The notes: a model not told the origin generated them from the sequence alone. A stretch of 64,000 nt of DNA from an alpha proteobacterium MED-G09 (GCA_905182015.1 CAJIZT010000008.1:57801-121800); one strand, 5' to 3'. Counted from the stretch's first letter, positions 38,564-48,165 are shown. Translations and numbers: made by a program.

Positions 38564-39799
38564 CTAATCCTGTAAAAAGACTACAGGCTTAATAGACTCT
38601 AACTCGCCCATATAATTACTGTAATTGTTATCAATCTTATGAATTATTGGTACTAAAAATTTTGTCATTAATTTTAAATTAACAAAATCTGCTTTGCCAG
38701 ATTCTGTAAAATTACTTCCCAGGGTTACTCTACTGGAGGGACTAATACCTATCCATTCAATAAACGGGACAACGCCATCCCAAACGATTTCAGGAATCTT
38801 GCCATTTATAGCATCGGATATAGGCTTAGCCCTTACCTTATCAACATCAAATCCATTATTATTTAAAGTATTGCCATGAATATAAATATGATTTCCTATT
38901 GGATCATAGTTTTTATCTTCTGCCTCATCCTGATAGCTTGCAATTAAAATGCCAGTTGTTGCATTATTCTTGATTACATTATCTCTTATCTCAACAAATT
39001 GATTGGCCATAATCATTATACCAGTGCCATTTGGTGTGTTCCCAACAATATTTCCTTCGGGTGCAAAATTCTTAGTGTCATTATTAATAACAAGATTATT
39101 TGCCACTAAAATATCATGACCACCTTGCTGAGGAAGGTCGGGCAAATCAAAAATCAGAATACCTCCTGTATTATGTTCTGCAGTATTACCTATAACTTCT
39201 GCAAAATAACTGTTTTCGATCTCAATACCTGCGACATTATATTTTGCTAAACTATTTAAAACTTTTATTCTTTCAGATTGGCCAACATAAATTCCAGCAT
39301 CTGATGCACCTATCGCTATACAGCTATCTATTAAGACATCACTGCTTTGAACGGGATAAAGACCATAGGCTCCATTTGATTCTTTTGGACCACCCGTCCA
39401 CTCAACCCGAATCCTAATAAAACTAATGCCATTGGCTCCTTTAACAACAATTGCATCTCCAATCGTATCCTCGATAGCAAAATCTTTTAAAACAACACCG
39501 CTTGAAGTTACTAATAAACCCTCTGCACCTGATTTCTGATTCTTAAAAGATAAAATTGTTTTATCTTCACCTTCACCTGCAACAGTTACGTTGTCTATAT
39601 CTAAAGATAGGCCATCCTCAAATTCGAAAATTCCTTCTGATAATTGGATTAGATCACCTGGTTTTGAAAAAATTAATGCTTTTTGTATTTCGTCATAAGC
39701 ACGAGGGCCAGGCTGGATCGTATTAGAAAAAAGAGAACTGATTAAACCTATAAAAACAAAAATATTTAAAATAATAATATTTAAGAATTTTTTTTTCAT
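38564..39799 (-). CDS. Secreted parallel beta-helix repeat protein.
   Basis: Signal peptide, then repeated Asn/Gly-rich rungs (NNLVINNDTKNF, GNTPNGTGIMIMANQFVEIRDNVIKNNATTGILIAS). Confidence 0.65.
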   Translation of the reverse strand: MKKKFLNIIILNIFVFIGLISSLFSNTIQPGPRAYDEIQKALIFSKPGDLIQLSEGIFEFEDGLSLDIDNVTVAGEGEDKTILSFKNQKSGAEGLLVTSSGVVLKDFAIEDTIGDAIVVKGANGISFIRIRVEWTGGPKESNGAYGLYPVQSSDVLIDSCIAIGASDAGIYVGQSERIKVLNSLAKYNVAGIEIENSYFAEVIGNTAEHNTGGILIFDLPDLPQQGGHDILVANNLVINNDTKNFAPEGNIVGNTPNGTGIMIMANQFVEIRDNVIKNNATTGILIASYQDEAEDKNYDPIGNHIYIHGNTLNNNGFDVDKVRAKPISDAINGKIPEIVWDGVVPFIEWIGISPSSRVTLGSNFTESGKADFVNLKLMTKFLVPIIHKIDNNYSNYMGELESIKPVVFLQD

Positions 39800-39803
39800 A
39801 GAA

Positions 39804-41051
39804 TTATCTTTTTCTAAATTTAATATGAAGCTCTTTTAGCTGATGTAAAAAAATACTCGGTTGATGAGGAATATCTGGTAGGTCTTTAGCTAGCTCGATA
39901 CCATCAATACGATCGAAGAAATGTTTAAAGGCTGCTAGCATTTCCGCCCTAGCCAAACTTGCCCCGATACAATGATGAGCGCCTGATCCAAAAGCAAGAT
40001 GTTTTCCAACATCTTTTCGTTCCACATTAAATATCTCAGGATCCTCGAATATATCTTCATCTCTATTTAATGCAGCATATCTGACCAGAAGAGTACTTCC
40101 TTTTGGGATCTTTACACCTCTCATCTCAGTATCGACTGTTGCCGTTCTAAAAAGGCCTTGAACAGGGGTCTCATAACGAATAGTTTCCTCAATAAATTTT
40201 GAAATAAGATCGTTATTTTCCATAACTTTTTTCATTTGCTCTGGGTGTCTTAATAATAACCACATTCCGTGCGCTATTGAACTTGTTGTTGTCTCATTTC
40301 CACCTGTTAATAATTGATTGATCAGATCTTGAAGCTCATCTTCTGTTAACTTTCTTTCTCCATTAAAGTCAGCATTAACTAACTCTGATATAATATCGTC
40401 TGTAGGTTTTATTCTTTTTTCCTCAAAAATACCTTTAAAATAATGTTGGGACTCAACCTCAAGACGAGCCGCATTTTCCATCTCCTCCACACTCGCCATC
40501 CCGCTAGCCGGAATTAACATTGCATCTGACCAGGATTTAAATTTACCTAAGTACTCTCTTGGAACACCTAACTGATCAGCAATAATTGTACACGGAATAG
40601 GCACGGCATATTCTGAAACAAAATCACATTCGCCGTTATCAATAAACCCATCAATTAAGTCATTGACGACACCAGAAATGTAAGGATTCATTTCCTTAAC
40701 CCTGCTTAAGCCAAAGGCTTTATTTAAAAGTTTACGATATTTTGTATGAATTGGCGGATCTGTTCTTTGGAGTGTCTCTGGTCTTTTACCAAAACCCTCG
40801 GTATTCATTATTTCATGATGGCGTTTTACGCCTTCACTTTCATAGCCTTGTTGATGTGAGTATGTATTAGAAAAAGTAACGGTATCTTTCATAACCATCC
40901 TAGCATCATCATACTTCGTGATCATATAAAATCCTACCTCTGGCATCTTATAGACAGGACACTCGGATCTAAGGGTTTTATAAGCTTCATAAGGACAGCT
41001 TTGTGTTGCCGGGTCCATAAAGCTTATCGATTCTAAGTCTAATTTACTCAT
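39804..41051 (-). CDS. Cytochrome P450 (paralog 2).
   Basis: FGSGAHHCIGASLA, an ExxR motif (EETIRYETP), and TGGNETT. It shares about 60% identity with paralog 1 by eye. Confidence 0.85.
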   Translation of the reverse strand: MSKLDLESISFMDPATQSCPYEAYKTLRSECPVYKMPEVGFYMITKYDDARMVMKDTVTFSNTYSHQQGYESEGVKRHHEIMNTEGFGKRPETLQRTDPPIHTKYRKLLNKAFGLSRVKEMNPYISGVVNDLIDGFIDNGECDFVSEYAVPIPCTIIADQLGVPREYLGKFKSWSDAMLIPASGMASVEEMENAARLEVESQHYFKGIFEEKRIKPTDDIISELVNADFNGERKLTEDELQDLINQLLTGGNETTTSSIAHGMWLLLRHPEQMKKVMENNDLISKFIEETIRYETPVQGLFRTATVDTEMRGVKIPKGSTLLVRYAALNRDEDIFEDPEIFNVERKDVGKHLAFGSGAHHCIGASLARAEMLAAFKHFFDRIDGIELAKDLPDIPHQPSIFLHQLKELHIKFRKR

Positions 41052-41075
41052 AAAAATCCCCCCCGAGATAATTTT

Positions 41076-41984
41076 TTATACTCTATCCCAATTATGTTTT
41101 TTTATCCAATCTTCAAAATACGTTGGCTTAACGCCTAGCATTTTATAAACTGGATCCATATCAACCGCCAGAGGTGACGGGTTTTGTTCATTATACCAGC
41201 TATAAAAAGCAGCCATCCCCCCATAAATAGATTGGTCCTCATATACTTCTGATCCGGTCACCAATTTACTCATTGATCCAGCAAAATTTTCCGGCTTCAG
41301 GCTTGAGAAAGTAATTTCACGACCAAGTACTTTTGTAAATTTTTTAGCTACCTCATCTCCAAGAAGAACCTCGGGACCCCCGACTAGAATCTTATCTCTT
41401 TTAAAGTTATTATTAGATAACGCTGCAACCATAAAAGCCGCCACATCATCAAGACATATCCATGATATTTTTAACTCTGGTGAGCATGGGTAGGCAAAGG
41501 TATTATTATTTGTAATAGATGGTTTAGACCAAAAACGAGTAAGGTTATCCATAAAGACTACTGACCGAATAACAACATACTCCATGCCGCTTTCTTCCAT
41601 ACACCTTTCAATCTCTCTTCTTCCATCATGAGCCTCTAAACCATTATCCTTGGGCGCAACATAACAACTGGTATTAAAAACAATTTTCTTTACTCCCATT
41701 TTTGCACCGGCTTTTGTAATATTTTCCCCCCATTGTTTTGCGGTTGCTTTATCAAAAACAAATGGCAAATTCATTGCGATAGCATCAACTCCATCGGATG
41801 CAACCATTAGGGATTCTAAGTCAAAAAGATCGGCTCGAATTGTTTCAATATTTTTAGAAAAGTCATCATTATATTCTGAAGGATTCCGAGTTACTGCTCG
41901 AACCTTATATCCTTTTTCCAATAATACATTCACAAGTGGTACGCCCTGATCTCCACTAGCTCCATAAACAAGGATTTTATTCAT
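41076..41984 (-). CDS. NmrA-like NAD(P)-binding protein. The tracked ORF extends to 42005; the likely start is MNKILVYGASGDQG.
   Basis: N-terminal Rossmann motif LVYGASGDQG. The size fits the NmrA/PCBER family. Confidence 0.65.
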   Translation of the reverse strand: MNKILVYGASGDQGVPLVNVLLEKGYKVRAVTRNPSEYNDDFSKNIETIRADLFDLESLMVASDGVDAIAMNLPFVFDKATAKQWGENITKAGAKMGVKKIVFNTSCYVAPKDNGLEAHDGRREIERCMEESGMEYVVIRSVVFMDNLTRFWSKPSITNNNTFAYPCSPELKISWICLDDVAAFMVAALSNNNFKRDKILVGGPEVLLGDEVAKKFTKVLGREITFSSLKPENFAGSMSKLVTGSEVYEDQSIYGGMAAFYSWYNEQNPSPLAVDMDPVYKMLGVKPTYFEDWIKKHNWDRV

Positions 41985-43623
41985 TATAGCTCTCCTTACT
42001 AACATAATTATTACCAGCGGCGTGTCTACCTGCTAAATATCCGTAAGTTAAGGCTGGTCCTAATGTTCCTCCAGCACCTGCATAAACAGACCCGGTACTT
42101 CCTGACATAGCGTTCCCGACTGTATAAAGGCCCTCGATAACACTTCCTGATGCTGAAATAACTCTCCCAAGCTCGTCTGTCCTTGCGCCACCATTTGTTC
42201 CTAATGCTCCAATATTAATTTCAGCAGCAAAGTATGGAGCTTTTTCAAGTTTGCCTAAAGTTGAATAGACGCCAGCCTTAGATCGATCGCCATAGAATGA
42301 ATCGTACTCACTTTTACCCCTAGAAAACTCTATATCATCCCCGTTCTCAACATAAGAATTAAAAAAATTTACTGTTTCAATTAAATTTTCAGAATTGATA
42401 TCCAGTTCCTCGGCCAAGCCTTCTAAAGTACCCGAATGCTTTAGCCAGTCTGGGTTTTCAGATCCAGGCATTACATTAGCAAAAGGGTATTTATCTCTAT
42501 AATTAGAATCAAAGATTATCCATGATGGTAAATTTGGATACCCGTATTCATTTGGATCAAAAAAATGAAATGCACCTGCTAGTGCAGAATAATTAGTTGC
42601 TTCGTTACAAAATCTTTTTCCAAACTTATTGACCATAAGAGAGTGCGGAAGAGTTCTTTCAATTAAAATAGGCGATGATTTTTGCCCTCCCTCAGGCCAA
42701 TTATCGCCAGGTATGGATAGAACGGGAGACCACCAAGCGCTTGTCATATTTCCAAGAGATGCTCCGATTTCTTGTACCATTTTCAATCCGTCACCATCAT
42801 TTCCTGGAGGAGAAGCTGGAGCATTTAAAGGGCCACGTAAAAAAGTAGAAACAAAATCTTTATTCCACTCAAAACCGCCAGTTGCAATAATTACTCCTCG
42901 CCGAGCAATAATAGTTTCCAAAACACCATCCTGTTCAATTTCAATACCAATAATTCTTTCACCTTCCTTAATTAACTTTTTAGTTTTTATTTCTAATTGT
43001 GGTTCAATACCTCTATCAAGGCAGCCCTTCAAAAGAGCTCCAACCAATGCTTGTCCAAACCCTCTTGAATCCTTTTTAACCCGCTTAGACATTATTTCGT
43101 TTGAAATAATCCCTGTCCCACCTCCTAGTGGGGTTTCGGCTAAGGTCATAGGAATAGGCATACCATTGTTTCTGACCTTTGAGGCCCAGTCACCCAGGAT
43201 AGAAAAATCAAACAGTTTGTTATCTAATGCACGGCCGCCATCCTTAAGGGCGCCAGGCCTATCAAGATAGTAATCGGGATATCCCTCTAGAATGGAAAAC
43301 TCTGCATCAGTTTTTTCTTCTAAAAAGTCTAAAGCTTCACCGCAATTATCAATAAATGCTTCTAGTAGGGATTGATTTATTTCTCCCTGCGAGAGAGACA
43401 TGAAATAATCAATAGATTTAGTTCTATCATCTTGTATGCCTTTTTTCTTCATGTGGCTATTCATCGGAGCCCAAATTATACCTCCAGAAATACCTGCCGT
43501 TCCTCCCACTAAAGATTGTTTTTCAAAAATCTTTACTGATGAACCACTTTCATGGGCACTAAGTGCAGCCATCATGCCGCTAGCGCCTGCACCTAAGATC
43601 ACTACATCAACTTCTTTTTTCAT
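41977..43623 (-). CDS. FAD-dependent oxidoreductase of the fumarate-reductase flavoprotein / 3-ketosteroid-delta1-dehydrogenase (KstD)-like family.
   Basis: N-terminal VDVVILGAGASGMMAAL, a C-terminal GLYTVGNAMSGSTGSVYAGAGGTLG, and an FAD_binding_2 architecture. The product is 548 aa. Confidence 0.75.
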   Translation of the reverse strand: MKKEVDVVILGAGASGMMAALSAHESGSSVKIFEKQSLVGGTAGISGGIIWAPMNSHMKKKGIQDDRTKSIDYFMSLSQGEINQSLLEAFIDNCGEALDFLEEKTDAEFSILEGYPDYYLDRPGALKDGGRALDNKLFDFSILGDWASKVRNNGMPIPMTLAETPLGGGTGIISNEIMSKRVKKDSRGFGQALVGALLKGCLDRGIEPQLEIKTKKLIKEGERIIGIEIEQDGVLETIIARRGVIIATGGFEWNKDFVSTFLRGPLNAPASPPGNDGDGLKMVQEIGASLGNMTSAWWSPVLSIPGDNWPEGGQKSSPILIERTLPHSLMVNKFGKRFCNEATNYSALAGAFHFFDPNEYGYPNLPSWIIFDSNYRDKYPFANVMPGSENPDWLKHSGTLEGLAEELDINSENLIETVNFFNSYVENGDDIEFSRGKSEYDSFYGDRSKAGVYSTLGKLEKAPYFAAEINIGALGTNGGARTDELGRVISASGSVIEGLYTVGNAMSGSTGSVYAGAGGTLGPALTYGYLAGRHAAGNNYVSKESYNE

Positions 43624-43685
43624 TTAACTTTTCCTTTTGAGAAACATTAATCAAAAAATTAGAATTTATCTAGATAAAAAAAAGG

Positions 43686-43701
43686 GCTCCGCGGAGCCCT
43701 A
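43686..43701 (-). terminator. Intrinsic terminator just downstream of TBDR-2 (GC-rich palindrome with a U-run on the minus strand).
   Basis: GGGCTCCGCGGAGCCC is a perfect palindrome. It is flanked by AAAAAAAA on the plus strand, which is an 8-U tail on the minus strand. Confidence 0.6.
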
Positions 43702-43725
43702 ATTTAATCAATTAAGAACAATAAG

Positions 43726-46116
43726 TTAGAATTTACCAGTTAGGCGAACACCGTAAGTTCTATTTGCTATAGTATTAGCAAAAAACCAGTTACCAACATC
43801 AACAGCACGTCCTAACCTAGCGCCTTGATGACCAAGATCATTTACGAATGCAGAAATTTCTACTTCAGGACCTCCAGCCATTAACTCACCCTCATAGGTT
43901 ACAGAAACATCAAGCATTCCCCAAGCAGCATATTTAGAAAATTTATCGCCTAAATCATCAATACCAACGTAAGAATACGGTGAAGAGTAATTTTCAGCTG
44001 TATAGCTATAGTTAATATTGAAAGCAATTTCTCCTAAGCCAGCCGCAAAAAAGAACTCAGTTCCAACAGACCATGTTTCCTCAGGAGCACCACGGAAATT
44101 TCTTGTTGATTTGACATCATTTCCAAATTGGTCAAGAAAGGAATCATATCCAGCATCCAAATATCCATAAGTCATAGTTGAAATCCAATTGCTATTAATT
44201 AGATATTGAGCATCAATTTCAAAACCCTGCATTGTCGCTGAGGCTGCATTATCAACAATAGTTTCAACAGTATCAGAAAAAGGAGAGTCCCTTAGAATTT
44301 CCTCTTGTTTGTCGGAATATTCCATATCAAAAATTGCCATATTTAATCTAAGGCTACCATCCATAAGAATAGACTTCAAACCAACTTCGATATTCGTAAC
44401 TTCTTCAGGGTCGTATGGTCCAACAGTTGATGGAGTTAATCCACGACCATTCCAACCACCACTTCTAAAGCCTTCAGACCATGTTGCATAAAGATTAACA
44501 TTATCAGTTGCTGCGAAAGTTAAACTTACTCTGGGAGTAAAGGCGTCATAAGTAGCTGTACCAGTTCTGCAGCCCTCAATTGTAGAGGTAGGATCTGGAC
44601 AGGATGATATTAAAGGTAAAGGTGACCCATCTGCCTGTTTGCCAAATTCCTTTGAACTTAATGGCATAGGTACTGCTAGTGAAGTATCATAAACATCACT
44701 TTGGAAATCTTTTGTTTCTTCCGTATAACGACCACCTACAGCCAGCTGAACTCTGTCATTAATTTCATAGGTAAATTCACCAAAAACAGCTTGCGCCTCT
44801 GCTTGTTGCCTTGCAGAAAATTGCTGAACTAAGCCACCAAAGAAAAAGAATTTTTGTGGACTAAGGGCATATTCACTTTCAAAATAATATGCACCCGCAA
44901 CAAAGTTAAAAGGACCATCATAATTACTTCTAATTTGAAATTCTTGACTCTTTTGTTCGTATGTTTGAGGTCTGTTTGGAACAAAATTGTAAACGCCAGG
45001 TCCAAATAGATTAACCATTCCGCCATTTTCTTCATAAAGCCAATCGTCTGATTCCCAACCAGCAGTAATTGATTTAAAGCTAAAATCGCCTATATCCCAG
45101 CTCATATTCAAAGACCATGAGTCCGCTTCAACTGTTGATATAAAAGGATGATCAGATAATTGTACTGTAAAATCATTAGCCTTTTGAACATCATAACCAG
45201 TTGTGTAGCAGGCATTAGCTCCAAAAGCATCGCACAGTGTGCCTGGATGAGGTGTTCTGGAACCTGGTAATGTTACATTTACAGGTAATGGGTATTCTGA
45301 TTGATCATCCATTGTTTCGATTGTTAGTAATGCTTCAAAATTGTAATCATTTTGTGGGGTAAACAAGAAAGTTCCGTACATACTAGTAATGTCAGCACCT
45401 TTAACCTGGTCTCCATCATTATAAAAATCTCCGCCTGCGCCAGGTCCAATTTTTGCCCAGCTATCACCTTCAGTTTTATAAGCAGCCAATTTAAGAGCTA
45501 ATACATCTTTAATAATTGGGAAATTCAAAACAGCCTTAAACTCTGTTTTATCATAATTAGAAAGGCCTACGGACACTTTTCCGCCAAATTCTCCTGTAGG
45601 ACGACTTCTGGTGATATTAATAACACCACCAACGGTATTTCTTCCAAAAAGAGTACCTTGTGGACCTCTAAGCATTTCTACAGATTCAATATCAAACATC
45701 TCAATATTGGCACCAGTTGTTGTTCCAAAGAAAACTCCATCTAATGAAATGCCAACTGCAGGTTCAAATGATTTTTCTAAATCACTAAAGCTTATTCCTC
45801 TAATAGAAGCATTAATTCCACCACCTGTATAATTATTTCGATCCAAAACAACATTTGGAGCAAATCTCTGTAAATCATCAAGATCTGTTAAAAATGATCT
45901 TTCAATTGTTCTTGCGTCAATTGCTGTTATCGCAATTGGAACATCTTGAGTAGATTCTTCTCTTTTACGAGCAGTAACAATAATCTCCTCTATTGAATAA
46001 CCAGTTTCTTCTGGTAATGATGTACTTTCATCGGCAGAGATATTTGTGTTAAGAAATAAAAAAGGTAGTGAAAGCGCTATTACGCTTTTATAAAAAAATT
46101 TCATATTTTTCCCCAT
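43726..46116 (-). CDS. TonB-dependent outer-membrane receptor (TBDR-2).
   Basis: Signal peptide; plug domain with EEIIVTARKRE and MLRGPQGTLFG; a beta-barrel ending in a terminal F. Confidence 0.85.
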   Translation of the reverse strand: MGKNMKFFYKSVIALSLPFLFLNTNISADESTSLPEETGYSIEEIIVTARKREESTQDVPIAITAIDARTIERSFLTDLDDLQRFAPNVVLDRNNYTGGGINASIRGISFSDLEKSFEPAVGISLDGVFFGTTTGANIEMFDIESVEMLRGPQGTLFGRNTVGGVINITRSRPTGEFGGKVSVGLSNYDKTEFKAVLNFPIIKDVLALKLAAYKTEGDSWAKIGPGAGGDFYNDGDQVKGADITSMYGTFLFTPQNDYNFEALLTIETMDDQSEYPLPVNVTLPGSRTPHPGTLCDAFGANACYTTGYDVQKANDFTVQLSDHPFISTVEADSWSLNMSWDIGDFSFKSITAGWESDDWLYEENGGMVNLFGPGVYNFVPNRPQTYEQKSQEFQIRSNYDGPFNFVAGAYYFESEYALSPQKFFFFGGLVQQFSARQQAEAQAVFGEFTYEINDRVQLAVGGRYTEETKDFQSDVYDTSLAVPMPLSSKEFGKQADGSPLPLISSCPDPTSTIEGCRTGTATYDAFTPRVSLTFAATDNVNLYATWSEGFRSGGWNGRGLTPSTVGPYDPEEVTNIEVGLKSILMDGSLRLNMAIFDMEYSDKQEEILRDSPFSDTVETIVDNAASATMQGFEIDAQYLINSNWISTMTYGYLDAGYDSFLDQFGNDVKSTRNFRGAPEETWSVGTEFFFAAGLGEIAFNINYSYTAENYSSPYSYVGIDDLGDKFSKYAAWGMLDVSVTYEGELMAGGPEVEISAFVNDLGHQGARLGRAVDVGNWFFANTIANRTYGVRLTGKF

Positions 46117-46285
46117 AGTAATAAAATATTATTTTCGATAAGCATGATTATAGTGTTTTTTATTAATTACAAGTGCATACGCATCTAAGAGTATCGATTT
46201 CTAAATTAATGACTTATTCAAGGATATTGGGTCACAGATAAATAAAATATTTAGGCAAATATTACAATTGGATAGTCAAGAAAAA

Positions 46286-46304
46286 GGCTCCGGGGAGCGG
46301 AGCC
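46286..46304. terminator. Orphan GC-rich hairpin with flanking A5 and T4 runs inside a 457-bp intergenic region.
   Basis: AAAAA GGCTCCG GGGAG CGGAGCC TTTT. The stem sequence matches the 43686 hairpin. No gene lies upstream on either strand for it to terminate. Confidence 0.4.
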
Positions 46305-46573
46305 TTTTAGCTTAAAGACTATTTTTAAGACTTATACTTATACTTATATTTATACTTGTACTAGTTTACACATTATGGTGATGCCCTAATAAATACCACG
46401 CCAAACATCAGGGTAGAGTGATTTAAATAATCATAGCTGCGTACGTAATACTGCGTATCAATTTAATGGAAACCAATTATAGTAATTTTACAAAATTTTT
46501 TTTGTAAATTACAACAGATACTGGTTCAATGAATAAAGAATAATTTAAATAATCATATAGAGGAAAAATAGTT

Positions 46574-47362
46574 ATGGATTTAGGAATTCGCGGCAAAAAA
46601 GCTATTATAAATGGCGGTAGTGCAGGCATGGGTAAGGGTAGTGCCATAGCCCTTGCCAGAGAAGGTGTTGACCTAGTCATATCATCTCGAGGAGAGGAGA
46701 GGCTTGAAAATACTTGTGAAGAAATAAGAAAAGAAACTGGTGTAAATGTTGTTGCAGTAGCTACAGACCACAGTACTGATGAAGGAAGGGAAAAAATAAT
46801 AAAAGCATGTCCTGACCCAGATATTTTAGTTGGAACATCTTCGCCTCCAATGCATACCCCTGACTATGAGAGTATCTCTCCAGATGACTGGAGGGAAACT
46901 CTAGAGGTATCCCTTCTTAGCCCAGTTTCATTTATGAAAGAATTAATTCCAGGTATGGTAAAGAGAAAATGGGGAAGAATTGTTAATATTGGAACTGGTG
47001 CTGCAAAAACACCTGCTGAAGTAAGAATTTTGTCAGGTGGTCCAAGGGCAGCATTAGTAAATTATTCTGTCGCAGTTTCTAAAAAAGTTGCAAGGCATAA
47101 TGTTGCAATAAATAATATTTTGCCTGGAATGCATCATACAGCTGCAACAGGGGAAAGATATTTGAAGCTCGCTGAAGAAAATGGTACTTCGTATGATGAG
47201 GAAATTTTTGAGTTCGCAAAAAAATGGAGGATACCAGCTAGAAAATTTGGTACCTCACAGGATTTTGGAGATTTTGTGGCAATGTTTTGTAGTGAACAAG
47301 CAACGTATATCATTGGTCAAAGTTTAGTGATTGACGGTGGTATCGATAATACAACATTTTAG
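46574..47362 (+). CDS. SDR-family oxidoreductase (atypical).
   Basis: N-terminal AIINGGSAGMGKGSAIALA glycine-rich motif and an NIGTGAA segment. The classical YxxxK motif is not obvious. Confidence 0.6.
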   Translation: MDLGIRGKKAIINGGSAGMGKGSAIALAREGVDLVISSRGEERLENTCEEIRKETGVNVVAVATDHSTDEGREKIIKACPDPDILVGTSSPPMHTPDYESISPDDWRETLEVSLLSPVSFMKELIPGMVKRKWGRIVNIGTGAAKTPAEVRILSGGPRAALVNYSVAVSKKVARHNVAINNILPGMHHTAATGERYLKLAEENGTSYDEEIFEFAKKWRIPARKFGTSQDFGDFVAMFCSEQATYIIGQSLVIDGGIDNTTF

Positions 47363-47373
47363 GGATAAAAATT

Positions 47374-48165
47374 ATGTCAGACAAAACAATACTTCTAGAT
47401 ATTCAAGATAAGATTGGGACGATTACACTAAATAGACCAGAAAGAAAAAATGCAATTAATTCAACCATGGTGAATGAATGGGTAGAAATTTTGGATGAGT
47501 GTAGAGATAATCCAGAAATTTCAGCCATTATATTAACTGGTGCCGGTGAAGCCTTTTGTGCCGGAGGAGATAAAGCAAATCTTGGAGCAAATAATAAAAT
47601 AGATCCTCTCGAGACAAAAAATCATTTTTGGGATCATTTCCAAAGAGTTGCCAAAAGAACTGCATTAATAGAAAAGCCTATAGTGGCGGCTGTTAATGGA
47701 ATGGCTACAGGTGCAGGTATGGATATGAGTCTTCATTGTGATATTCGTTTTGCTGCAAAGAGTGCTATATTTAGAGCCTCTTATGCTGCATTTGGTTTAG
47801 TCCCGGGTAATGGAGGAACTTATTTTCTTCCTCGAATAGTAGGAACCTCCAAAGCATTAGAACTTTTTTGGTCTACTGATGTGATAGATGCTGAGGAAGC
47901 CCTAAGAATTGGTCTTATTAACAAAGTTTTTTCTGCAGATGATTTGATGGAAAAAACAAGAGAATGGGTGAGTAATGTTCTTAACCAAGCGCCAATTCCA
48001 GTAAGAGTAATTAAAAGGCTTATATATCAAAACGTAAATATGGACTTAAATACAAGTTTAGATTTAATTTCATCCCATATGGCGTTTGCCAGAACAAGTG
48101 AAGATCACGCAGAGGCTATTGCGGCTTCCGAAGAAAAAAGAACTCCAAAATTCAAAGGCAAATGA
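47374..48165 (+). CDS. Enoyl-CoA hydratase/isomerase (crotonase fold).
   Basis: FCAGGD oxyanion-hole motif and VAAVNGMATGAGMDM. The product is 263 aa. Confidence 0.8.
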   Translation: MSDKTILLDIQDKIGTITLNRPERKNAINSTMVNEWVEILDECRDNPEISAIILTGAGEAFCAGGDKANLGANNKIDPLETKNHFWDHFQRVAKRTALIEKPIVAAVNGMATGAGMDMSLHCDIRFAAKSAIFRASYAAFGLVPGNGGTYFLPRIVGTSKALELFWSTDVIDAEEALRIGLINKVFSADDLMEKTREWVSNVLNQAPIPVRVIKRLIYQNVNMDLNTSLDLISSHMAFARTSEDHAEAIAASEEKRTPKFKGK

